A stretch of 64,000 bases of DNA from Tissierellales bacterium (GTDB lineage Bacteria; Bacillota; Clostridia; Tissierellales; DATGTQ01): assembly GCA_035301805.1 (NCBI GenBank), contig DATGTQ010000079.1, positions 3,672 to 67,671 of the forward strand. The letters are read 5' to 3'. The stretch's first letter is position 1. Each line of letters begins with the position of its first letter. Below the pieces are notes generated by a model. The model was not told the origin of the DNA and searched no databases. It worked only from the letters and a program-made list of their open reading frames with translations. The position numbers and the translations under genes are program-made. Of the stretch, positions 46,477 to 54,879 are shown in pieces.

Positions 46477-49089
46477 TTGAAAGAAATGACACCTATGATG
46501 AAACAATATATGGAGATTAAATCTAATTATAAAGATAGCATACTTTTTTTTAGGTTAGGTGACTTTTATGAAATGTTTTTTGATGATGCATTAATCGCTT
46601 CTAGGGAATTAGAAATTACTTTGACACAAAGGGGAATAGGCCAGGATAAGAAGGCACCTATGTGTGGTGTGCCTTATCATGCAGTGGAACCTTATATTGC
46701 AAAATTAATTGATAAAGGTTATAAGGTTGCAATATGTGAACAACTTGAATCCCCATCAGAAGCTAAAGGTATTGTTAAAAGGGATGTAATTCAAGTTGTA
46801 ACTCCTGGTACTATAACGGATATGAATGCTCTAGATGAAAAATCAAATAATTTTTTAGCCTGCATATATCATGATGAATATGGTGCAGGTATATCATATG
46901 TTGATAATTCTACGGGAGAATTATATACTACTGAACTTTTAGGAAATGGACAATCTACATTAAATTTTGTTCTAGACGAAATAGGAAAAATACAACCTTC
47001 GGAGATTATTTTAAATAATAAGCTGAGAAGAAAAAATAAAATAATTAAAATAATACAAAATAACATTAATTCCTATATAAATGAATATGATAATCAGTTA
47101 ATAAATATAAAGTTTTGCAAAGATATTATTGAAAATAATTTTGATGATAATGTATTTGAAAAGTCAGGTATAAATAGAAAAAAGTACAGTGTTTTAGCTA
47201 CTGGAATTCTTTTAAACTATTTAAAAGAAACTCAAAAAATTGCCCTTACTCATATTAATGAAGTTATATACTATAATTTGGATAATTATATGGAACTAGA
47301 TATAAATACTAGAATAAATCTTGAAATTAATGAAACTATTATGGGAAAAGGTAAGAAGGGTAGTTTAATATGGCTACTAGATAAAACATCTACTGCCATG
47401 GGAGGTAGATTGCTAAAAAATTGGCTGGAGCAGCCATTAATTGAAAAAGAACTTATAGAGGAAAGACTTGATATTGTAGAAATCTTTTCTAAAGATGTTA
47501 TTTTAACAAGTGAAATTAAAGAATATTTAAAGAATATTTATGATTTGGAAAGATTGATGGGGAAAATTACTTATGGTAATTGTAATGCAAGAGATTTAAT
47601 TTCTTTAAAAAGTTCATTGGAAGAATTACCTAAGATAAAGAAGCTTATTATTGATTCAGGATATGCCCCATTAAATAAATTAGCAGATAAAATTGATACC
47701 CTAGATGATGTATTTAATTTGATTGATAATTCTATAGTAGACGAACCACCTATATCTATAAAAGAAGGCGGAATAATTAAAGGTGACTTTAATGAAGAAC
47801 TAAGATCACTAAAATCCATTTCGAAGAATGGTAAGGAATGGTTAAGTAATTTAGAACAAGAAGAAAAAAAGAAAACAGGGATTAAATCATTAAAAATTGG
47901 ATATAACAAACTTTTCGGTTACTTTATAGAGGTAACTAAATCTAATTTAGAATTGGTGCCTGATGAATATATTAGAAAGCAAACATTAGTTAATTCTGAA
48001 AGATATATAACTCCTAAGTTAAAAGATATGGAATCAACAATTTTAGGTTCTGAAGAAAAAATGATTGATTTAGAATATAAAATTTTTGTAAATATTAGGG
48101 ATAGAATAAAGAAGGAAACGGCAAGAATACAAAAAGTAAGTAAAATAATATCTAAAATTGATGCTTTAAATTCTTTAGGATATGTGGCATATACGAATAA
48201 TTATGTTAGACCTAGTTTAAACAACGATGGCTTTATAGATATAAAAGAAGGTAGACATCCAGTAGTTGAGAAAACTTTAGAGGAAGAATTATTTGTTCCT
48301 AATGATACAGTGTTAGATAATAAAGATAGTAGATGTTTAATAATTACTGGTCCTAATATGGCTGGTAAATCAACGTATATGCGACAGGTAGCACTTATAA
48401 CACTAATGGCTCAGGTAGGTAGCTTTGTTCCTGCTAAAGAAGCTTCTGTAGGGCTAGTAGATAGAATATTTACTAGGATAGGTGCATCTGATAACTTATC
48501 ACAAGGTGAAAGTACTTTCATGGTTGAGATGAATGAAGTATCTAATATAATTAGCAATGCTACTAAAGATAGTTTAATAATATTAGATGAAGTAGGTAGG
48601 GGAACTAGTACCTATGATGGACTAAGTATTGCTTGGGCAGTTGTGGAATATATAGCTGAAAATATAAAAGCTAGGACTTTATTTGCTACACATTATCATG
48701 AGCTAACTGAACTTGAAAATAGACTTCCAGGAATTAAAAATTATAATATTCTTATAGAAGAACAAGGTGATGAAATTATATTCTTAAGAAAAATAGTAGA
48801 AGGAAGTACTAATAAAAGTTATGGTGTTGAAGTAGCAAAACTTGCTGGTATAAATCAAAGTATTATTATGAGGGCCAATGAGATATTAAAGAGTATTGAA
48901 TTTAGTCATAAGGAAAATCAAAACATAGAAATAAAAGATAGTAGTAACGAAAACACTCAATTAAACCTTACAGATTATAAAAAGGATAATTTAATAGAGA
49001 AGATTAAATATATAGATACAGTAAAAATGACTCCAATAGAGGCCTTAAATATTCTTCATAAATTAGTAGAGGAAGCAAAGGAACTTTAG
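46477..49089 (+). CDS. mutS: DNA mismatch repair protein MutS
   Basis: 870 aa. TPMMKQYMEIK...FFRLGDFYEMF mismatch-binding N-terminus, Walker A GPNMAGKST, DEVGRGTSTYDG. TTG start with SD GGAGGG. Confidence 0.94.
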   Translation: MKEMTPMMKQYMEIKSNYKDSILFFRLGDFYEMFFDDALIASRELEITLTQRGIGQDKKAPMCGVPYHAVEPYIAKLIDKGYKVAICEQLESPSEAKGIVKRDVIQVVTPGTITDMNALDEKSNNFLACIYHDEYGAGISYVDNSTGELYTTELLGNGQSTLNFVLDEIGKIQPSEIILNNKLRRKNKIIKIIQNNINSYINEYDNQLINIKFCKDIIENNFDDNVFEKSGINRKKYSVLATGILLNYLKETQKIALTHINEVIYYNLDNYMELDINTRINLEINETIMGKGKKGSLIWLLDKTSTAMGGRLLKNWLEQPLIEKELIEERLDIVEIFSKDVILTSEIKEYLKNIYDLERLMGKITYGNCNARDLISLKSSLEELPKIKKLIIDSGYAPLNKLADKIDTLDDVFNLIDNSIVDEPPISIKEGGIIKGDFNEELRSLKSISKNGKEWLSNLEQEEKKKTGIKSLKIGYNKLFGYFIEVTKSNLELVPDEYIRKQTLVNSERYITPKLKDMESTILGSEEKMIDLEYKIFVNIRDRIKKETARIQKVSKIISKIDALNSLGYVAYTNNYVRPSLNNDGFIDIKEGRHPVVEKTLEEELFVPNDTVLDNKDSRCLIITGPNMAGKSTYMRQVALITLMAQVGSFVPAKEASVGLVDRIFTRIGASDNLSQGESTFMVEMNEVSNIISNATKDSLIILDEVGRGTSTYDGLSIAWAVVEYIAENIKARTLFATHYHELTELENRLPGIKNYNILIEEQGDEIIFLRKIVEGSTNKSYGVEVAKLAGINQSIIMRANEILKSIEFSHKENQNIEIKDSSNENTQLNLTDYKKDNLIEKIKYIDTVKMTPIEALNILHKLVEEAKEL

Positions 49090-49101
49090 GAGATGATAAA
49101 G

Positions 49102-51087
49102 ATGAATAGGATAAAAATACTTGATGAAGTTACTGTTAATAAAATTGCAGCAGGTGAAATTATAGAAAGACCTGCCTCTATAGTAAAAGAGTTAGTTGAA
49201 AACTCAATTGATGCAGGGGCAAAAAACATTGTAGTAGAAATTAAGGATGCTGGTAAAAGTTATATAAGAGTAACAGATGATGGAAAGGGCATTCCTAATG
49301 ATGAGGTAGATTTAGCTTTTAAAAGACATTCTACAAGTAAAATAGAATTTATAGAAGATCTTAGTGAAACTATATCTTTAGGTTTTCGTGGAGAAGCCTT
49401 AGCTAGTATATCTACAGTAAGTAAGATGGAAACTTTAACAAAAACGAAGGATAGTTTAAAGGGTAGCCAATTATATATAGAAAATGGCAAAGTTATAGAA
49501 AAAAATATAGTTGGATGTCCCATAGGTACCACAATGATCGTTAAAGACCTATTTTATAATATACCTGTTAGAAAAAAATTTTTAAAGAGTAATATTACTG
49601 AATCTAAACATATAAGTGATTTAATATATAAATTGGCCCTTGGTAACTCAAATATATCATTTAAATATATTAAAGATGATAGGGTTGTAATAAATACACC
49701 TGGGAATAATGATTTATCTTCAAATATTTATTTATTACTTGGCAAAGAATTTGTTGAGAATTTAAAGGAAGTTTATTATGAAGATGATGTTTCGAAAATT
49801 TATGGGTATATTTCAAATAATATTTTTTATAGAGGGAGTAGGGCTCACCAATATGTTTATATTAACAATAGATATATAAAAAGCCATCATATATCAAAAA
49901 TTGTAGAAGAGAAGTATAAAACATTAATACCTATTAATAAATTTCCAGTGTTTATATTATTTATAGAAATTGATCCTATGTTAATAGATGTAAATATTCA
50001 TCCAACCAAACAAGAGGTAAAAATTGAACAACAATATATGTTAGATGTAGCAATAAATAAATGTATAAATTCTGCTATTCATAGTTTATACAGTGTACCA
50101 AAAGTTGAATTATCTAAAAAGAAAAAAAAGAAGACAGAATATGAAGATATTACATTTTTAGATATACCAAAAGAAAATATGAATAGTAGTCAAAAGGATG
50201 AAAAAAAGCCAGTAGATGAAATTAGAGATTCTGATGAAGATTACAATGATTATAATAATAGGTATGAGAATATAAATTATAAAAATATAGATAATAATAG
50301 CAATAGCTATAATCATGCAGATTATGAGGATGTAGACTATAATAATATAAATTATGAAGATGTAGATGATAACAATCTATATAGTCAAAATAAAGCTGAA
50401 GATAGTGTTGAGAAAAAGAGTATAAGTAGGGAATGTAAAAGGGATAAAAATTCAATAGATAATCATGATTTAAAAACTAAATCCAAGGGAGATAAATTTC
50501 CGTTATTAACAGATTTAAAAATAATTGGCATTGCGTTTAAAACCTATATAATTACTCAAGATAATACTAATGATAGTTTGTATATTATAGACCAACATGC
50601 TAGCCACGAAAGAATATTATATGAAAAGTATAAAAAGGAATATAAAAATGAAAAGGTTATAATTCAAAAAATGTTAGCTCCTGAGATAATAGATTTAACT
50701 GATCAAGAATTAAGTGTTTTTAAGGAGAACATAGATTTGTTTCGTAAATTAGGTTTTGAAATAGATGAATTTGGTATGAATAGCATAGCTTTAAGGGGAG
50801 TGCCTGTATTGTTTGGTAAACCTAATTATAAAGAATTATTTTTTGATATATTAGATAATTTTAATGAAGATATAGAGAGTAATTATGAAATGAGATTAGA
50901 GAAGATAATGAAAATTGCTTGTTCTAACGCTGTGAAGGCCGGGGATGAAATCACGGAAATAGAAGTATATAACTTATTTAAACAACTAGAGGAAATAGAA
51001 AATCCATATACATGTCCTCATGGCAGACCAACTATTATAAAAATGACTAAGCAAGAGTTAGAGAAGCAATTTAAAAGGATTATGTAA
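49102..51087 (+). CDS. mutL: DNA mismatch repair protein MutL
   Basis: GHKL ATPase N-terminus (IAAGEIIERPASIVKELVENSIDAG), C-terminal endonuclease-type motifs (DQHASHERILYE, CPHGRP). I prefer ATG 49102 on SD spacing over the track's 49093. Confidence 0.92.
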   Translation: MNRIKILDEVTVNKIAAGEIIERPASIVKELVENSIDAGAKNIVVEIKDAGKSYIRVTDDGKGIPNDEVDLAFKRHSTSKIEFIEDLSETISLGFRGEALASISTVSKMETLTKTKDSLKGSQLYIENGKVIEKNIVGCPIGTTMIVKDLFYNIPVRKKFLKSNITESKHISDLIYKLALGNSNISFKYIKDDRVVINTPGNNDLSSNIYLLLGKEFVENLKEVYYEDDVSKIYGYISNNIFYRGSRAHQYVYINNRYIKSHHISKIVEEKYKTLIPINKFPVFILFIEIDPMLIDVNIHPTKQEVKIEQQYMLDVAINKCINSAIHSLYSVPKVELSKKKKKKTEYEDITFLDIPKENMNSSQKDEKKPVDEIRDSDEDYNDYNNRYENINYKNIDNNSNSYNHADYEDVDYNNINYEDVDDNNLYSQNKAEDSVEKKSISRECKRDKNSIDNHDLKTKSKGDKFPLLTDLKIIGIAFKTYIITQDNTNDSLYIIDQHASHERILYEKYKKEYKNEKVIIQKMLAPEIIDLTDQELSVFKENIDLFRKLGFEIDEFGMNSIALRGVPVLFGKPNYKELFFDILDNFNEDIESNYEMRLEKIMKIACSNAVKAGDEITEIEVYNLFKQLEEIENPYTCPHGRPTIIKMTKQELEKQFKRIM

Positions 51088-51112
51088 AAGGATTATGTAA
51101 AAGGTTTATGTA
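51074..51112 (+). repeat. Tandem 13-bp repeat AAAGGATTATGTA x3 across the mutL stop
   Basis: Units at 51074-51086, 51087-51099 and 51100-51112 (third unit has 1 mismatch), followed by a partial unit. The first unit encodes the last mutL codons (RIM) and the first two bases of the stop. Confidence 0.85.
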
Positions 51113-51132
51113 TTTATGTAAAGGATGATTAA

Positions 51133-52074
51133 ATGACAGTTGAAAAAATACCTTTATTTATTCTTTTAGGGCCAACTGCGGTAGGAAAAACAGGTGTTTC
51201 AGTTAAGATTGCTGAAAAGTTAGAGGGAGAAATTATTTCGGCTGATTCTATGCAGATATATAAATATATGGATATTGGAACGGCAAAGATTAAAGAGGAA
51301 GAAATGAAGGATATTCCACATTATATGATAGACATTGTTTATCCAGATGAAGAGTTTACTGTAGCAGATTATAAAGAAGCTGCTACAGAACATATAGAGG
51401 ACATATATAATAGAGGAAAGTTACCGATGATAGTAGGAGGTACAGGGTTTTATATTAATTCACTAGTATATCAATTAAGTTTTACTCAAGTATCTCCAAA
51501 TTATATATTGAGAGATAAATATTTATCATTGGCTGATAAGTATGGGAATGACTATATTTACAATCAGCTAAAGGAAGTAGATCCTAAGTCGGCTAAAAGA
51601 ATCCATAAAAACGATAGAAAAAGAGTTATAAGAGCCTTAGAGATATATAATGAAACTGGTAAACCTATGTCAGATTATTATAAAGATCTCCGAAGGCCAA
51701 ATAATAAATATGATTTAACTTTAGTTGGACTAAGCATGGAAAGGGCAAGATTATATTCAAGGATAAATAAAAGAGTAGAATTAATGATAAAAGAAGGACT
51801 TTTAGGAGAAGTAGAGAATCTATTAAAAATGGGATATGATAAAAGTTTAACTTCTATGAAGGGAATTGGTTATGAAGAAGTTATTAAATATTTTGAAGGA
51901 GAGATTAGTTTAGAAGAAGCAATTAACTTAATAAAACAAAACTCAAGAAGACTTGCAAAAAGACAGTTAACTTGGTTTAGAAGGAATAAAGATATAAAGT
52001 GGATAGATATTGACAAATTTACTGGTTCATATAATATAGAAAATGATATTATAAATTATGTAAAGAAAAAGTAA
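51133..52074 (+). CDS. miaA: tRNA dimethylallyltransferase MiaA
   Basis: 313 aa. P-loop GPTAVGKT, DSMQIYKYMDIGTAK. Confidence 0.92.
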   Translation: MTVEKIPLFILLGPTAVGKTGVSVKIAEKLEGEIISADSMQIYKYMDIGTAKIKEEEMKDIPHYMIDIVYPDEEFTVADYKEAATEHIEDIYNRGKLPMIVGGTGFYINSLVYQLSFTQVSPNYILRDKYLSLADKYGNDYIYNQLKEVDPKSAKRIHKNDRKRVIRALEIYNETGKPMSDYYKDLRRPNNKYDLTLVGLSMERARLYSRINKRVELMIKEGLLGEVENLLKMGYDKSLTSMKGIGYEEVIKYFEGEISLEEAINLIKQNSRRLAKRQLTWFRRNKDIKWIDIDKFTGSYNIENDIINYVKKK

Positions 52075-52119
52075 ATAATTAAATAAAAGAATTAAATAAT
52101 AATAAGGGAGGTTGTCAAT

Positions 52120-52353
52120 TTGAAAGGCCCAATGAATCTTCAAGATGTTTTTTTGAATAGAGCTAGAAAAGAGAGAGTAGGTATTACGGTTTTTTTAGTA
52201 AATGGATATCAGCTAAAAGGTATTGTTAAAGGTTTTGATAATTATACATTAATTCTTGATAGTGAAGGAAAACAACAATTAATTTATAAACATGCAATAT
52301 CAACAATAGTACCAAGTACAATTATAGATTTAGCTAATAAAGATACATTATAG
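52120..52353 (+). CDS. hfq: RNA chaperone Hfq
   Basis: 77 aa. [41 protein letters not shown]...[10 protein letters not shown] covers the Sm1/Sm2 motifs. TTG start with SD GGGAGG +7 nt. Confidence 0.9.
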   Translation: MKGPMNLQDVFLNRARKERVGITVFLVNGYQLKGIVKGFDNYTLILDSEGKQQLIYKHAISTIVPSTIIDLANKDTL

Positions 52354-52373
52354 AATGGAAATAATATAATCAT

Positions 52374-52403
52374 AAAAGACCTGGGATTAATTCCAGGTCT
52401 TTT
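52374..52403. terminator. Bidirectional intrinsic terminator between convergent hfq and lexA
   Basis: AAAAGACCTGG...CCAGGTCTTTT. The stem is flanked by an A-run and a T-run, so it reads as a terminator on both strands. Confidence 0.8.
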
Positions 52404-52449
52404 ATGATTAAACTAATAATATTTTACAATATAATTTCTATGTAAACCT

Positions 52450-53061
52450 TTAAAATTGTCTATATAGTCCTATAACTAAACCTAATATTAGTACGTTATC
52501 AGTATATATTGGCCCCATAGAAGAATTTTCTGGTTGTAATCTTATATAATTTTCTTCTTTAAAAAATCTTTTAACTGTTGCTTCTTCATCAATTAAAGCA
52601 ACGACAATATCACCATTATTCGCATAATTTTGTTGTTTCACTAGAATATAATCGCCACTATATATACCAGCATCAATCATACTATCCCCTTGAACTTTAA
52701 GCATGAAAATGTCTGCATCTTGAGTAAATTCTTTGGATATAGGGAAAGTGCTTTCTATATTTTCTACAGCCAAAATAGGTTTTCCAGCAGTAACACAGCC
52801 AACAACTGGTACAGAAACAATATCTTGTTTTGAATTTAGATAGTTTTTATCAGTTATTTCAATAGCTCTTGGTTTAGTTGGATCTTTTCTTATATATCCT
52901 CTTTCTTCAAGGGCTTCTAAATGCCCGTGAACAGTCGAAGTAGATTTAAGGTTTACTCCTTTACATATTTCTCTTACAGAAGGAGGATAACCTTTAATTT
53001 CAACTTGTGACTTAATAAAATTAAGTATCTGAAGTTGTCTATCACTTAAGTCTTTATACAC
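52450..53061 (-). CDS. lexA: LexA repressor
   Basis: N-terminal wHTH ([13 protein letters not shown]...GYPPSVREI), cleavage-site region VGCVTAGKP, and Ser/Lys dyad region QGDSM...VKRF. I prefer GTG 53061 (SD AAGGGGTGA +4 nt; aligns with M-x-K-LSxRQ of LexA) over the track's GTG 53070. Confidence 0.9.
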   Translation of the reverse strand: MYKDLSDRQLQILNFIKSQVEIKGYPPSVREICKGVNLKSTSTVHGHLEALEERGYIRKDPTKPRAIEITDKNYLNSKQDIVSVPVVGCVTAGKPILAVENIESTFPISKEFTQDADIFMLKVQGDSMIDAGIYSGDYILVKQQNYANNGDIVVALIDEEATVKRFFKEENYIRLQPENSSMGPIYTDNVLILGLVIGLYRQF

Positions 53062-53095
53062 GTATATCACCCCTTATATTTACTTTATTTATATG

Positions 53096-53135
53096 ATTAT
53101 ACCATATTAATATTTAAACATCAAACATTAGTTCT
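53096..53135 (-). promoter_or_regulatory. lexA promoter with SOS (LexA) box
   Basis: On the minus strand: AGAACTAATGTTTG (plus coordinates 53122-53135) fits the Firmicute GAAC-N4-GTT(C/T) box and overlaps -35 TTGATG (53119-53124). A 17-nt spacer precedes the extended -10 TGgTATAAT (53096-53104). Confidence 0.6.
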
Positions 53136-54102
53136 AATTTGAATTATTATGGTCAGCAAGTGGATTGCTCTTTACAGCAGTTCTAAGACGTTGGTCATCA
53201 ATGTGAGTATATATTTGGGTTGTAGAAACATTTTCATGTCCTAAAATTTCTTGCAACGCTCTAATATCTACATTACCATATTGATACATTAAAGTTGCCG
53301 CTGTATGTCTTAGCTTATGGGCGGAATAGACAGTAGGATCTAACCCTGCTATCTTTAAATATTTATCTATTGCATGCTGAACAGCTCTAGTACTTATTCT
53401 GTTTTTTCTTTTACTTAAAAATAATGCTTTTTTATCATTATTTTCTTCAGGTCTAACCTTTAAATAGTCATCAATAGCAGAAATACAAGAGTCATTTAAG
53501 TATATAGTCCTTTCTTTATCTCCTTTTCCTACAACGGCTAAAGTGTCACCTTTTATCTTATCAATATCAATACTAACAAGCTCTGACAATCTTAAGCCAC
53601 AGTTTAAGAAGAGGGTGAGGATAGCATAATCTCTTTTTCTATAGTACTCATTTTTATTAGTGTTAACGGCATCTAGAAGTTTTGTCGCTTCTTCTAAAGT
53701 GAGGAAGACAGGTTGTCGATTTTTAGTTTTAGGGAACTCTAAGAAATCTGCTGGATTTTTATCTATAACATTTACAATGCCATAAAGATAAGAATAAAAT
53801 GATTTAATACTAGCAACTTTTCGAGATTTAGTATAATTACCATTATTCATATTTTTATCTACATAACCAATATAGGCATGAAGGTCCTGTAAGTTAATTC
53901 TTTTGATGAAATCAACATCAATATCAGTGATGTCAATATCCTCAAAAGGAATAGAGTCATCAACTAATCGATATCTAAGTTTAAGGTATTTGAAGAAAGT
54001 TCTTAAGTCATAATAATATTCTTTAACAGTATTTGAGGAAGCACCTTTAATAGTCTCCATATAATTCAAAAAATCCTCTGCAATAATAGGTAAATCTCTC
54101 AT
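53134..54102 (-). CDS. Tyrosine recombinase, Xer/integrase family
   Basis: Core-binding N-domain, catalytic GLRLSEL, HKLRHTAATLMY and LGHENVSTTQIYTH. I prefer ATG 54102 (SD AAAGGA +8 nt) over the track's 54111. Confidence 0.85.
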   Translation of the reverse strand: MRDLPIIAEDFLNYMETIKGASSNTVKEYYYDLRTFFKYLKLRYRLVDDSIPFEDIDITDIDVDFIKRINLQDLHAYIGYVDKNMNNGNYTKSRKVASIKSFYSYLYGIVNVIDKNPADFLEFPKTKNRQPVFLTLEEATKLLDAVNTNKNEYYRKRDYAILTLFLNCGLRLSELVSIDIDKIKGDTLAVVGKGDKERTIYLNDSCISAIDDYLKVRPEENNDKKALFLSKRKNRISTRAVQHAIDKYLKIAGLDPTVYSAHKLRHTAATLMYQYGNVDIRALQEILGHENVSTTQIYTHIDDQRLRTAVKSNPLADHNNSN

Positions 54103-54155
54103 GAAAATCATCCTTTCTATAATTTTTAGTACTTTTACTATAATTATATCATATG

Positions 54156-54185
54156 TTAGTCACAAAATACATATTTTGTGACTAA
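54156..54185. promoter_or_regulatory. 30-bp perfect palindrome upstream of the recombinase gene (operator-like)
   Basis: TTAGTCACAAAATA-CA-TATTTTGTGACTAA has 14-bp arms and a 2-nt centre. It lies about 55-85 nt upstream of the recombinase start, next to a minus-strand TATAAT. Confidence 0.6.
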
Positions 54186-54296
54186 TGATAAATAGATAAA
54201 AAAATAAACGGTAAATAGACCGTATTAAATAATTATAGTAATCATTTAAATATCTTAACTATTTAAAAAGTAATAAATATTGCTTTATATTAAAAT

Positions 54297-54457
54297 CTAA
54301 TTAATTTTTATATCATCTTCAATCTTAGCTTTCGCTTTAAAATTTAATTCTAATTTATTCTTTATTGCATATTACTTTGTTTTTTAACAATTGCTACTAT
54401 ACTTGAGATAGCTATTATAGTTATACAAGTTATCATAGCTATTAAAATTTTATTCAT
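54297..54457 (-). pseudogene. Frame-disrupted paralog of the small membrane protein gene
   Basis: SD GAGGTGAGG + ATG 54457 gives MNKILIAMITCITIIAISSIVAIVKKQSNMQ* (stop at 54362-54364). Another frame continues YAIKNKLELNFKAKAKIEDDIKIN*, which matches ...IYNKDKLELEFKTKTEVKDN of the intact copy. Confidence 0.45.
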
Positions 54458-54471
54458 TTCCTCACCTCATG

Positions 54472-54500
54472 TTGTTATTTTTTTAAATATAGGATATAAT
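54472..54500 (+). promoter_or_regulatory. Plus-strand sigma-A-like promoter facing the 3' end of the small ORF
   Basis: TTGTTA (54472-54477), exact 17-nt spacer, TATAAT (54495-54500). Confidence 0.45.
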
Positions 54501-54506
54501 AAAAAT

Positions 54507-54584
54507 AGAAGAGATTGCAGGATAAAATTAGTTGAACTATCTTTTAAATAGGCTGCGTGCTGTGAACACGAAGTCTATTTTTTT
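54507..54584 (+). ncRNA. Candidate ~78-nt convergent antisense RNA (type I antitoxin-like)
   Basis: Defined only by the promoter at 54472-54500, a hairpin at 54553-54573 (CTGCGTG/CACGAAG, 1 mismatch) and a T7 run at 54578-54584. It overlaps the stop and last codons of the minus-strand ORF and would be complementary to that ORF's 3' UTR. Confidence 0.3.
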
Positions 54585-54807
54585 GTATCTTTTTCTCCTT
54601 GCTTCATATTAAAGTCTATTTCATTTTTGGCATTATCTTTTACTTCAGTTTTTGTTTTAAATTCTAACTCCAGTTTGTCCTTATTGTATATTGTAATAGA
54701 AGCTATACCTACTAGCGCTACTATTGTCATACAAAATATACCCCACAGCATAACTGTTTCTCTTTCCATATCACCACTCTCCTCTTTTGCGCTCCTGCAA
54801 TCTCTTC
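54508..54807. repeat. Perfect 15-bp inverted repeat pair flanking the small ORF
   Basis: GAAGAGATTGCAGGA (54508-54522) and its exact reverse complement TCCTGCAATCTCTTC (54793-54807) enclose 270 bp containing the ORF and its SD. Confidence 0.85.
54575..54769 (-). CDS. Small hydrophobic membrane protein (64 aa), type I toxin-like architecture
   Basis: MERETVMLWGIFCMTIVALVGIASITIYNKDK... has one TM helix followed by a K/E/D-rich tail. SD GAGGAGAG lies 7 nt before the ATG. About 95-nt leader from an extended -10 promoter. Confidence 0.55.
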   Translation of the reverse strand: MERETVMLWGIFCMTIVALVGIASITIYNKDKLELEFKTKTEVKDNAKNEIDFNMKQGEKDTKK

Positions 54808-54863
54808 ATATTAGATAAAATAGGAAGAAAGAGTGGTTTTTTGGCCTAATTCAACTAATCCCT

Positions 54864-54879
54864 TATGTTTATTATACCA
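54864..54879 (-). promoter_or_regulatory. Extended -10 promoter for the small membrane protein mRNA
   Basis: The minus strand reads TGgTATAAT (plus coordinates 54871-54879) followed by AAACATA. This mirrors TATAATAAAAATA of the plus-strand promoter at 54495-54507. Confidence 0.45.

Noticed and set aside
50222-50455. 77-aa minus-strand Y/H/L-rich ORF inside mutL.
   Set aside because: It is the reverse-complement shadow of the N/D/Y-rich repeat region of the MutL linker.
53134-54102. The tyrosine recombinase as the integrase of a prophage or integrative element.
   Set aside because: No phage, conjugation or excisionase genes flank it, and no tRNA or direct att-like repeats are visible. It is co-oriented with lexA with no intervening terminator. 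A small degenerate island (54112-55627) is still flagged separately.
54627-54818. 63-aa plus-strand ORF opposite the small membrane protein gene.
   Set aside because: It has no SD and is the shadow of the minus-strand ORF, which has a strong SD and a promoter. It is kept in mind only as part of the antisense discussion.
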